Shown here in pieces: positions 23,102-35,650 of a stretch of DNA of 64,000 nt. Position numbers and translations under genes: made by a program. The stretch comes from Eremomyces bilateralis CBS 781.70 (lineage: Eukaryota): assembly GCA_010015585.1 (NCBI GenBank), contig ML975155.1. One strand, 5' to 3'. Below the pieces are notes generated by a model. The model saw nothing but the letters and a program-made list of their open reading frames with translations, was not told where the DNA came from and did no database searches. The number at the start of each line of letters is the position of its first letter. Position 1 is the stretch's first letter.

Positions 23102-25071
23102 TCATTCATCGGAGTCTCCCAATGGACCCTCTCTCGGGAGCTCTAGAGGTGTTATTCCCTTCTTAGCAGCCCACTTTGCATTGATGACATCAGGAGTCTC
23201 AAGAAGCTCCAGCTTCATCACAGGTGTGTAGACTCCCCTGGGTTTTGTAACGTTCCCGCCATCAAATACCTTTATGCTTCTAACAAATGTAAGCCAGATG
23301 TCATTCCGCGTTCGACGAGCACATACCTCTTCTGCGAAGACTTTCGTCCCTCCTCCGAGGGGGGAGCCAGACCACGCCCTCGCATCGCCGTGACCTGCAT
23401 TAATTGCGCGGCGTGCACCTCGTCGATCTTTCTCGAGCGCCACGTGGACCACATCACGTCAACTAGGCCGTTGAGCCCCCATTTCCCTCCGTGGGCGCTG
23501 GTTTTGGCCTTGGCCACGTTCGATGGATCATCCGGATATACCCAGTCTAGTGCATCTTCCCGCTTTTCAGAATTCTCGCCTGGGAAGACGCAATCCCAGA
23601 GAACCAAGGGGGAGTCCGAAGCTATCTCATAGTTTGGCCTCCTGGGATTTTTGCGGACGTCGAGCAATTCCTTTACGATGGTTGGCTTCTCCAGGCCCTG
23701 GCCCACAAGGAACAAAATGGCAGCCATATGCCGGACTTGGTTGTACAAGAACGCCGAGCCATGAACCACAAATGCGTATACTTTCGGCTTCGGGCTTGAA
23801 TTGCCATCCGAACCAGCCGAACCAGACACGGCTTCAGCGCTTAGGAAAGCCGGATCATCCAGGGAGGCGATCTCCTCGATGTCAGTATGGAAGATGACGC
23901 GCTCGAAATTCGTCAACTGGCGGGTCGCGTCCATCTTGGCGAAGTTTCGGAAGTCATGATTCCCGAGAAAATAGCTCGCCGCTTCTTTCATTTTGTCGAT
24001 GTCCAACCAACTCCCCCCGTTTTCGCCGGCACGGGAACCTTGGGCGCCCGGGATAGGAAGATATGCGGGTTGGGTGAAGAAATATTTGTACCGCCGCTCT
24101 CGGCACGAGAATCGGGCGGAAAATCCTGGGGGGGGAGAGGGGCACCAGGCGAGGATGCGGATCTCGGGGGGAAGGAGTTGGTTTAACAAGTGGATATAAG
24201 GAATCTCATCCTTGATCGGATCAAACGGCGTCTCTTCTTCCTCGACATCAACTGGGTCTGCTATCCCTTCGACGGTGCGTTCCGACGCTTCGGCGGCATC
24301 CATATCACTAGTTTTAGACGCGGTGTTGTTCTGCGGTTGTGACGTCTTTGGCAGAGGTTTATTACTCCTCACGCGAATTCCAATCACTTGTCCAAATGAG
24401 CTCACGCCCTTGTCCGTCCGGCCGCATTTTGAATAGTCGCACCCTTCCCAATAGATATCTCTAACCCTCTCCGAGCCATCGTACTCCGCATACACCGGCT
24501 CTTCCTGGCCATCGCCTTCATCGGCCACTTCTTCCGATCCGTTCGGTCGCCACCTTGTTTTCCTGCCCTTCCGCTTAATCCTAGGAAAGATCAAGCGTGT
24601 TTTCATCAATGCTTTCCATAGCTCCTCCTCCACTGTAGGAGCTGGTGGGATCGTATCTCCCGGCGCCTCGTAGCCGTTCAAATGGCGGCCCAGATAGGCC
24701 AATTTGAGGGCGATGAAGCGGGTATTGTACCGCGAGGGGTCGAACTGGTTTGGTTTGCGTCTTCGTCGCTGCTCAGCTTGCGGAGGAGCTTCCCTGAGTA
24801 GTTCTGCGAGTCTGCGACGAATCTATGGTTAGCAGCCGCGATTCGTGGAAATATCCGACGATGGGGGGATATCCTACTGTATATTTTGCGACTTCAATTG
24901 CGACTCGAGGTCGGAAATGCGGGCTATGAACTGCTCCGAGCTCCAGTTCGTGTATGGAGCGATCTGTGACTGCATTGTGACGAATTTTCCCAGTCGCAGA
25001 GAAGGTAAAAGGTGCGTGCAGACAGATATTCTAGAGGTAGGTCGCAGGAGGCTTAAAGGAGATAATAACAT
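23102..25071 (-). CDS. DEG1: tRNA pseudouridine(38/39) synthase, TruA family (Deg1/Pus3)
   Basis: RFIALKLAYLG, CGRTDKGVS (catalytic Asp), FSARFSC, HDFRNF and GSAFLYNQVRHM. Introns at 24812-24877 and 23280-23326. Two in-frame ATGs, at 25071 and 24975. Confidence 0.9.
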
Positions 25072-27220
25072 AATCTACCTTTACACAGAGCGTGCACAGC
25101 TACCCCACATTGCACTGCTGTTCTTCAACAATGATAGAAATTCGATAAATTGTTCGTGGTGCGTAATTATTTGTTGACGCGGGAGTCAATTGATTTCGAG
25201 AGCCTGATGATGCCTGAGGCAACTAACATGGGTGCCTGCATGACACATCAGCATCAGCATTGCATGAGGCTGAGGCAGAGGTAGAGGGTGAGGCGAGGCA
25301 GAGGCAATATGATGAGACCTCCAGACTGGACTCCGCATTCCTGACCATCTCCAGAATCATTACTCTCTGACGCTCAATGATGAAGAAATGCTGAAAAGCC
25401 TGCTGCATCTTTCTAGGTTGTGGTTAATCTGATGCTTTAGAACTATATCATTGCTATATTATGGTACCGTAGTCTTTACATAGCCCGACGGGTTCAATCA
25501 GTTACAAGTTACAACAGAGATAGAAGATGATACCTCGTTTCCATTCCAGGCCCTCATATGGGAGTGTTATGCCCACGAGGCCATTCTGTTTTTCGGGTCT
25601 ATGCATAGTCTCAATGCTCCATTGTATGGATGGACATTTGACCGAGTTCTTGGTTTTTGTGCAGCACATACAAAGTTCAAGTTTGGGGAGGAGTTCCGCA
25701 AAGGTGGTATGAAGAACAGGAGACTGTTTCATGATGATATCTGGTGATATCTTCCGTTGTGGTGGCGGGAATTGATATCCATGCCCCCTTGATTACCATG
25801 AATCCAACTCAGTACAAGTTTTGAGGCCTAGAGCTATATTTCAGGACCATCAATTTCCTCCATGACGGATACTCTAGGATCGGATGGATGGAGGAGCTTT
25901 GAGATCGAGCAGTGAGGTGATGATATCCGTCAACCCATGCCCATTCCCTGTCGGCTGTTACGGTTGTGGCGCCAGGCGCCAGGACTCATGATAATTACGG
26001 AACACCACCGATGTCGTGCTTCCTGTCGTGTCTGGTTTCGTGTCAAAGAAACCATTGACTCTTCTCCGTTCATTACCCATTTCCGCCTCAACGGTTCTGG
26101 ATATCCCCGTGCTACTCGACATCGTAATTCCGGTTGCACCCCAGCGGATCACAGCAGCTCACAACGGGGACACCTGGTCTTGAGCGTCCTGAAATGGCTT
26201 GCATTCCATACAGCATCGAGGCCCAACCGCCATGGTGTGCGCAGACATTGGAAGTGCGGCCCATGCCGAAGCGTTGCCCCAGGGGTCGGATTCCAAGCCA
26301 ATCTGAATGCAACTCGGAGATATTGCGCATCGCGCGAGTGGTTCCGCGTGTCGGCGAGCTGCCAATTTGCATGAGGTGACAGACGGTTGGAGAGCTCCAA
26401 CGTGGCTCCAATAGCCTCCCACCACGGGAAAGCACGGCAAACTTGCGTTTTATCACCACTTGCAAACGGGTGATTCCTCCTGAGAGGACCACGATACCTG
26501 TGTGATCCCTCGCTAGTGATGCACATGGACCGAATTGATCGGAGTGTCACAACTCTTTTCCCTCTGATGTCAACTAAAGCAGATTCCTGTCCGTTCCGAC
26601 CTTGATACACGGCCTCGGAGAAACGGGGGTGGCCTGGACTGGTCGAGATTGACGTATCGTCATGGATTTGTGGCGACCTGGTGGGCAGCAAGGCGAGTAC
26701 ATGCACCGACGTGTCGTTCTCCCTCGTCTCGAGTCTATTTCGCCTCGAATTATAGCCCAAGTCGCAATCCTTTTGGAAAGTTCGTGTGTCTATCCTCGTC
26801 TCGTGATGTCCTCTTTTCATTTCTCCGTGCATATTGAGGTGTTTCCTGCCTCGGTGGTTATGCTCTAGGATAGACCCATCCGTCCCCAATTCTTATCTTC
26901 GTTAAGTCCGCTTCAATTCCATTGGCGAGTCTTTGTGAATCCATTGAACTCTATTCGAAAGACGACTTGTCGCTCAATGCCCAAGTCGTCGTCTCACCAT
27001 GCCCCACGTTGCTGTCCCTTAAGCCATATCCCAGTAGGACACCCCACACTTCTCTCCGCGAATACCGCCATGGTGCGGGCATACATCACGCGCTATTGTC
27101 GCAATTGTCCTGAAAACTGTTCTTCAACTTCAAAAATGCCTTTCTCGTAGCGTGGCGATGCTACTCTTCACCGTTGATCACATCGATCTCCCCTGAACGC
27201 AATTAGCATACCGCGAAGAC

Positions 27221-30200
27221 ATGTCGCGGAGGTTCGCGAACATCTCCTACGCAGAATGGAGGAATCCGTACGATTCCACCCCCTATCGGGTGGACTTCTC
27301 GGACTACTCGGTTCCAACTGGAGAGTTCTCATATGTCTCAACAATACCTCTCCCGCCGCCTCCTGTATTCAACGATCCAGGAGTGAGAATGGTGTATGAA
27401 GAATGGAGTGACGACGAAAAGGATGCGGTTATGACCAATGCGGGTTCGTATATCACCCGTTGTGCCCCCTTTGATACTGATATTGATCGATACAAGCCCC
27501 TCCTGCTCCGGATCCGCCTGCTCCGGACCCCCCTGCTCCTACGGAAGAGGAGCCTAAGATTGAAGCACCAGCTCCAGCGCCAGTGCCAGCTGCGCCAGCC
27601 GCTCCACCACATCCCGCAGACATAGTTCCTCCGCCTTCTCCAACATTATCAACTGTTTCGACGAAAGCGTCGAGTATATCGGGCAAAGCGAAAGAGCAGA
27701 AAAAGAAGGCTAAGAAAGCGCCTCCACCGCCTCTCTTTTGGACGAGACACAAACCTAAACCACCAACAGCAAAGCCCAACCCCAAACCAGCCGATGCACC
27801 CAAGAAAGCTCGATCACCACCCCCAGGGCCTAAGGAGGCGCCACCGTCAGCCCCTGAACCGCTGCCTCCATCAGCGGCAGAGGCTAGACCGGTAGACAGC
27901 CCGGATGCGGCCCCTTCCTCTGCCCCCGAACCTAAAGACCCTGAACCGCCTCCACCGGCCGCTAAACCAGAAGAAAATGCGCAAGATGCACCACCTTTGG
28001 CGATTGAACCACCCCATCCTCCAGTAGAATCACAAGAGCCCGCTAAACTCGCCGAAGCAAAGGAAGAAACCAAATTAGATGAGTCTAGCACTAAGGAATC
28101 CCCAGCCGAGCCAACCCCAGAGGATCCTCCTACCAAATCTTCAGAACCGGAGGCGGTGAAATCAGACGAACCTTCTGTTGCCGAACTCTCATCTGCTGCT
28201 GAAGATACAGCAAAGGAAGCCGGTGCAGCTGCTGAAGCTGCACCAACAGAAACTCAGCCTACGCCTCCCCCCGCCGCGACTGATGACGCTCCCAGTGCGC
28301 CACAAGATGCAACTCCCGCAGACAATCCTAAAGAGGAGTCCGAAAAGGATGTAGCGCCGGAGCCTGTCCCCGCCGAGCCAGATGCGCCTGTTGATGATAA
28401 GGATGACAGTGCTCAACCACCTGCTGCCGAACCAGAATCCTCAGCAAAGAAAGAAGAAGATAAATCCGAGTCTACCAAAGAGTCCGAGGAGCCTGCTTCT
28501 GAAACTGCGCCCGCTGCTGACCCTGAGCCCGCTGCTGATCCGGATCCCGCTGCCGACCCGAAGCCCGCTGCTAACCCGGAGCCCGCTGCCGACCCAGAGC
28601 CTGCTGCCGACCCAGAGCCTGCTACTGACCCTGAGACTGCCAAGGAGCCGGAGTCTACCGCTGCACCCGAGCCTGTCGAAGAGCCCGAACCTACAGCCAC
28701 ACCCGAGTCAGTTGCCGAAGCTGAGCCTGCTGCTGCACCCGAGCCTACGAAGGAGCCCGAGCCTGCCGCCCCATCTGAGCCTGCCGCTGAAGTGGATGCT
28801 TCTGCAGACCCTACGCCTGGTGCAAATCCTCCCACCGAATCTCAGGCCCCGGAAGAACCTGTGCCTGCCCCGGATCCAGAGACTGTCAAAGACCCAGAGC
28901 CTGCCAAAGACCCAGAGCCTGCCAATGACCCAGAGCCTGCCAAAGATCCAGAGCCTGCCAAAGGTTCAGAGCCTCCCAAAGATCCAGAGACTGCCAAAGA
29001 TCCAGAGCCTGCGACCAAGTCAGTGGAAGATCCGGAACCGAAACCCGCTGATGATATCAAAGAGGAACCGGAGGAAAATGCTCCTCCTGCCGAGCCTACG
29101 CCGGTAGACCCATGTCCTGATCCATTCGAAGAACAGGCCGTCGAGACTGTTAATGAGGAGTCAGCAACTCCAACTCCACCTCAACCTAGTGAGCCTGACC
29201 CGGAACCACCAGCCGTTGTTGACTCATATTCACCACCTTCACCTTCACCCATCCTCCCCGAAGCACCAGAACCTCCGGTGAGCGGGGTGAATGCGCCTCC
29301 AGATGCAACCTCGGAGCCTCCAGCAATTGATGGATCCTCTACCGATCGTCCTAGCTCAGTCAAATCGAATCTCAGTTCGAAGAGCGTGTCATTCGCCGCG
29401 GATGTTGTTGACGGCGCTCATGGAAAGCCAAAGCGCGTCAAGGGAAAGCCGATGATAATCCGTGAGAGAGCATCCCCTCAAAAGAAGGCTAAGGGTGGCA
29501 GCGAAGTTGGTAAAGCTAAAAGCGTTATCAATGAGGTGACAGAAGACGAAAATGGTGCAGATGGTGGAGTGAAACTGAACGAAGCTAAAGCTGGAAGCGT
29601 GGTGTCGGAGAAAGAGTCAAAAAAGAAGAAGGTGAACGGAATGGTCAGGGAGCGGACCAAAGAGAAGCATGAGGCAAAAGATAAACATGAAGAAAAGGAG
29701 AAGGAGTCGAAGAAGAAGGGGGGGAAAGAGAATAAGGCGAAGGAGGAGGAAGAAAAGAAGAAGGAAGCCCTTCTGGTCAGGAAACCTAAAGGCAAGAAAG
29801 AGAAGGGTGGGAAGGGCAAGAAGAAATTGAAATCAAAGGCTGCGGACTGTGATCCTGAGAAGGGCGCAGAAGAGGAGCACGCAGACCCGGCTTCACCTGA
29901 TGGCAATGCAGCAAGCACTGCGGTCGACAACCCTAAAGGCCAAACTGAGTCAGCCGTCGAATCTGAGCCTGCTCCTGCAGCAGAGGTGACAGATGTGCCG
30001 AATGACGCATCCAGTGACGAGCCTGTTGGATCTGTACAAAAGTCCACCGACACCCCCAAGGAAGATATTAGTGGAAATGCACCAAATGAGCCCAAGCCAG
30101 AAACAGCAGTCGAACCATTACCTGCGGAACAGCACGACGCCGAACAGCCAGCGACTGATGCCGAGGGAGCCGCTTCTGGTGTTGATGATACAGCTCTAGA

Positions 30201-33200
30201 TCAAGGTGAAGCCACTGAAACCACCGAAGCCATTGAACCCGAAGGAGCCAAAGAGGTGCCTCTACCAAACCCCGCGGAGACGGCATCTGTTCTGGAGAAA
30301 GAAGAAACATCGGCCAGTATGGGCCAAGGCACCTCAAATCCCGAAGATCATGTTCCTGGCACTTTTCCCGACGCGCTTGACGACGGCCCCGAAAAGCCTG
30401 CTTCAGAAAACTCTACCATTCCCGTCGAAGTAGTCGTAGCTGCGGTTGTTTCCTCTGCAGTTGTTGCTTCCGAAGGATCTGAAGATGACGAATCGAAAGT
30501 GGGGCCTTCGAGGCAGGAAGAGGCCACAGAAGAACATACTCCTGAGGTTGTATTGAGTGAACAAGAGCAACAGCCTCTCGAAGGTCCCAGTGAGCCTGAA
30601 GCCAAAAATTCTTCCGCAGCGACTGAGCCTCCTGCAACTGATCCCCCTACGACGGAGCCTACCGATGTCGAACCGGCTGCGACTGAGCCTACTGAAATAC
30701 TTTCTACCGAACTCGAAGACCTAATAGCTGCTGCCACTAAACCGCAGGTTGAAGTCATCAGTGCAACCGAAGAAAACGCCCCCGAACCAGGTCCTGCACC
30801 CGACAACACACCAACTCCTGAAGGCCAAACCGACGATGCAATCATCGAATCACCAGGAGATGGATCCGGAGTCGAAGATACAATTGCTCAAGGACTAAAT
30901 CCTGTGGCGAATGAAGCGTCCACTCCCCATGAAGATGGCTATGCTTCCCCACCCACCGAACGCCCAACGGCTGAACCTGGAGATGGTGACAAAATTGTGG
31001 ATGAAAAAGAACTTGCCGCGAGTGATACGCCTGCTCCGTGTGAAGAAGGCCCAGCTGCTGCAGCCACTGAAAGTTCTGCAGGTGAGGCAACGGAAGCAGA
31101 TGATTCAGTGCGAGTGGCGGATAACGATGAGCCGCCTATGCAGCCCGAAGCCGTCGAAGACAGGATAGAATATATGCCAAACTCTGAACCAGAGAACCAG
31201 GAATGTCCAGCCTCGAGCGATCCCACTGCGGTTGTAGCAACGGAGCCGGAGGCCTCCAGTCCACCAGCCACTGAATCGTCGACAGTATCAACAGACGTGG
31301 AACCGACTGAAACTCAACAAGCAGGAGACCAGGACCCACCAACATCTGAAACCCAGGCCGAAAATACCGACCATCCCCATGTGCCTATTTCGGAGGAGGC
31401 GGCGGTAGTGGTGGCAAAACTAGCATCGGTGTCCGACCCAGCAGAATCAGTTCTACCACCACCTCAAGAATCGCAGCCAGGCCCAGCTGATGCCACCGAA
31501 ATTGCTTTTGTAGCTGAACCAATAAATGAAGATTTAGAAAATGCACCAGTTGAGCAGATGGGCCAAATCGCACTACTGGACCCAGAAGCGTCCGTGAGCG
31601 GACAGGCTGACGGAGCACTCGAGGAATTGATTGTGGGGTTAGAAGCAAAAGAGAATCTTCAGCCGGATAGTTCGATTGATGGAGATCAAGTAGGGAAGAG
31701 CAAGGAAATGCAGGACACACCCAGCCCTGAACATTCAGCGGACACTCCGAGCGAAGCAAATCTACCTGAATTGACCCCTGCAACGACTGTAGACGGGATA
31801 TCAGAGCCAGGCACCGACACTGCAACGAATGAAGTGGCCTCGGTAGATTCAAAGCCACTTGAAGATGCTGCTCAGGAGGCCGAGTCTGCTAAAGTAGATC
31901 CGGAGCCAGAGGTCAGCACTGGAGGCGATGGAGCTGCTGATGCTGACAAGCTTAGAGAATTGGATCGGGCAGAACCGCCAGTCGAACAAGAGCAACCTGA
32001 AGTGGAACGCCCTGCTGGAGTCGAAGCAGAGCCTAGCGACCAATCTACCGAACTGTTGGAATCGAAACCCGAAGGTGAGGAGAGCAAACTAGATACAGAC
32101 AAACCCGAAGCCGTACCGGAAGTGAGTGACACTGCGGCTGGGCCAGCAAAAGACACGGACGGTGAGCCTACCCATGATGGAAAAAGCGGAGGAGACGCTC
32201 CCACCGATGGCCAGCAAGAAGACTCGAAAGCAGAAGCACATTTGCCACCTCAAGGGGAACATGAAGACGGGGACGAAGCTGGAACTGCGCCAGAAGCACC
32301 TGAAGGGCCATCTTCGCAACTAGCTGAGTCTCCAGTTGAAGAAGCTTCCAATGATGCGCCTTCTGGAACGGAAGTAGGTATAAGCGAAGAAGGGGAAAAA
32401 GGTGAAGAAGCTTCTGCCCCTGAAGGTGTGGAGGAAAAGCCTATGGGTGAAGTGGCCGAATCACCTAGACAAGAAGCTGAAATGGCGAAGGAGTCGGAAG
32501 CACCTGCAGATGAGAAAGAGGCAAGTGACGCTGCTCCAGAGGTTCTCGAGAAGTCACTGGAAGCAGGAGATGTGAACGTGGAGGCTCCAGCTGAAACACC
32601 TGCAACTGAGACACCTCCGGTTGAGCCTACACCTGTCGAAGTGTCCAAGGAGGATTCTGCAGGGGCGAACAATGAAGAACCCGTGCCAGAAGTCCATGAA
32701 GAGCCGACGGGAGACTCGGCGACAGGCACAGAAGAAAAGGTCTCTGAGAAATCTGTAGATGAACCTGTCAGCGAGAATCAAGCAGAAGTTCCCCCGGATC
32801 CACCCGCAGAGACTCCACCTCCAGAGGCTCCCGCAACAGAGGCTCCTCAGACCGATACTCCTCCGTTAGAGGCACCGGCAGAAGATCCCTCAGCAGACGG
32901 TGCTGTGGAGGATGCAGCAGAGGCACCATCAGAGGCACCGCCTGCAGATGAGTCAAAAGAGACGCCCACAGAGGTACCAACGGACGCGCCATCGGACTCG
33001 CCAGTGGAGGCACCGCCGGCAGAGATACCAAAAGAGATACCCGGAGAGGCACCTGCTGAGGCACCGGAAGCACCACCCGCAGACAAACCCAAAGAACCGC
33101 CAGCAGAGGCACCGCCAGCAGAGGTGCAAACAGATAATCCCATAGAGGAACCATCGGATACCCCTGTGGACGCCCCTGTAGATGAAGACATACCAATTGT

Positions 33201-34827
33201 GGCAGAAGTAGACACAGCTGGTGGCGAAGAAGAGGTGAACAAGCCTGAACCGGCGAAGGAATCAACAGGCAAAGACACAGAGAAAGAGCCTGAGGATGCA
33301 AAATCTCCTGACGCTCCGCTTGAAAGTCAAATCAAAGAAGCAGGAGTGAAAGCTGCCGTTCCCGTAGATGACACACCGCCACCACAAAACGAGTCACCCA
33401 AAACACCACCCAACGAATCCGCTGTTACCGACGACTCGGTATCTCCAAAGTCTCCTCCTTCACCAGTGGTAGAACCGAAAAGATCACGACGTCATTCACA
33501 CCATCATCACTCGAAAACATCTGAGAATCGACGGGACAGCCACACAAGTTCGAAAAGACGCGAGAAAGCAAGCTCCAGCAAAACTCGAGAGATGAAGCAC
33601 TCTGGCACCAAGCGGTCTTCTGAAAAAGACAACCGACACACATCGTCCCATCGTCGCCGCAGTGATGCTGCCGAAAGCCCTGAAGAGCGCGCTGAACGGC
33701 GTCGGCGCCGGGATGAACGTGCGAGACGCGATGCCGAGGAACAACAGAAAGCACAGGAGGAGCAAGAACGACTTCACCAAGAGCGGCGAGCAGCTCGAGA
33801 AGCTGCGACCAAAGAGCTAAAACATGACGAAGAGCGCCGGCGACGGCGACACGCCGAACGCAAAGAGCGGGAAGAGAAATCTAGGGTAGCAGAACGAGAG
33901 CGAGCCGCTGCAGAACAAGCGGACCGCCAACGAAGGAGGGAGGAACGACGGGCGAGGGAACATGCGAGACGCGCTGCGGAAGGCGATGCAGATTTCGTCT
34001 CCAAGGACGGGCCCTCTGAGGACACAGGATCGCCCCCGAAACTGTCACGCAGAAGCACGGGTGATGCACGTCCTCGTGAACGGAAACAGGACCCCAGCCC
34101 GGCTTTCGGTGGGCTCTTCAAGTCCAATACTGGTGGGTTCTTTGGGATGTTCTCATCGTCTGAGAAGAAGGAAAGGGAGCGAGCACGAGTGGCAAAGGCC
34201 GAAGTGGATCGCCGTGAACGACATCGACGACGAAGAGAATCAATGGCAGACAAAGGAGACGCGCCTCCGCAACCGGCCCCTGCAGAAGAAGGGACAAGAG
34301 ACGCTCCGAACGATGCAGCTCCAGATGATGCTCCAACGGAACCGGCTGCCCCTGACGCCCCACCAGCCCCCGAGCTTATCCCCGAAGAGCCTCAGGCAGC
34401 TCCGCCAACCGAGCCTGCCGCCCCAGACGAAGTACCACCGCCAAAAGACCAGTCTCCTCCCCGCCGTAGCAAGCGCCATTCGCACCAGGACACATCCGCA
34501 CGCCGCCGCCGCACTATATCCGACCGCGACCGACCGAAGAGCATGCGTGTCGATGGCCATAAGGACCGAGACCGGGACAGGCATCGAGAGCACACACATC
34601 GGCGCCGTGACAGATCGCACCGATCTGGCTCGGATAGGGATAGGGCTAAGGAAGATCAGGGGACGCGGGAACGGTCTCCGGAAGGGAGCGATCGGGCGAG
34701 GACGGGTGGGCGAGAACATGGGGAGGGGAGGAGGGAGAGGGTGAGGGAGCCACGGGAGCGGGTCAGGGAGAGAGAGACGAAGCGGAGTTCCGGGTTTTGG
34801 GGGAGTTTGAAGAAGATTATCCTTTGA
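27221..34827 (+). CDS. Very large (~2517 aa) low-complexity, probably disordered Pro/Glu/Ala-rich protein of unknown function
   Basis: 7.3-kb open frame. Probable first exon 27221-27443 joined in frame by a GT-AG intron at 27444-27496. No globular domain recognised. Confidence 0.8.
28511..28636 (+). repeat. Coding minisatellite, 7 x 18 bp (PAADPE-like hexapeptide)
   Basis: CCCGCTGCTGACCCTGAG-like units in tandem. Confidence 0.9.
28864..29007 (+). repeat. Coding minisatellite, 8 x 18 bp (PAKDPE-like hexapeptide)
   Basis: CCTGCCAAAGACCCAGAG-like units in tandem. Confidence 0.9.
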
Positions 34828-35181
34828 AAGGTTTCAGGGAATCGGACGAAGCGAGATGGAGCGAAGGCATTTCGGATTCTTGTGATGACGACTAATGACG
34901 TCTATTGGCGCTGTAGGATATCTGTATGACTATTGTCGCCACGACTCTGATGATGCGATCATGTTTGATATGCATGAAGACATGTCTCCGGTTTACTGTA
35001 CATATAACTGAGCGCTCAACTGAACTGAACTGATGAACTATCCGTTTATCTCCTTTGATGGTAGTCTAGCTGAGGCAGTATTCATGTGATAACACCAGTG
35101 GATACCCCAAAGTTCATGTGACCTAGCCAATATCGAATATATATACCAAATCATTCACAATCCTGCTGTATGTGGGTGGCC

Positions 35182-35291
35182 TGGAGTGTGGTGCACTGGT
35201 TAAGCATAATGTTCTCAGGTTTCGACACGCAGGCCGGGTTTCCCTTGTCAGAACGTGTACGTGCGTTCGATTTCAGGGGCTGGCACTACAT
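35182..35291 (+). pseudogene. Degenerate intron-containing tRNA-like element (anticodon register CAG) or tRNA-derived SINE head
   Basis: A-box/D-arm TGGTGCACTGGTTAAGCAT, anticodon stem ATGTT/AACGT around CT-CAG-G plus a ~30-nt insert, T-loop GTTCGATT, and acceptor TGGAGTG/CACTACA. The 3' side of the T-stem does not pair. Confidence 0.4.
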
Positions 35292-35650
35292 AGCAAAATA
35301 TTGGGCTCTGGATTACTGCCTTGAGTGATGTTCCAGCTACCGCAGAAAAAAATCGTAAACCCCCAATTATAAAAACCTGGTCGGGGGTGTTTCAGGGCGC
35401 CACCGGTGACCAGCTTTTTGTTATTGGGGACTAGGAGAGGAAGAACTCTCTTCGCTGAGTTTTGGCTCGTTTTTAGAGTAAAGGCCCAAGTCTTTGCTTT
35501 GTTGACACCCAAACATCCAAACACCCACCAAGGAATTGCTCCTATGTGATCCTTGATACAGATCACCGCTGTCAAAGGTCTATCCCGTAATGGAACTAAT
35601 AATCGCATCCGCCTAGTACGAAGTCCAATGGGAAACGCTAGACCATATGT

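Noticed and set aside
25930..27150. Overlapping ORFs up to 246 aa upstream of the giant gene
   Set aside because: Mostly non-ATG starts, with no coding-like composition or motifs.
28511..29007. Regular short repeats as a CRISPR-like array
   Set aside because: No unique spacers; these are in-frame coding tandem repeats in a eukaryotic gene.
27304..34744. Many antisense and alternative-frame ORFs over the giant gene, and likewise over the PKS (59688-63446)
   Set aside because: Shadow ORFs expected from biased codon usage; no motifs recognised.
35211..35220. TCA triplet read as a selenocysteine or opal-suppressor anticodon
   Set aside because: The stem register places C32-U33 before CAG, and there is no long variable arm or extended acceptor stem.
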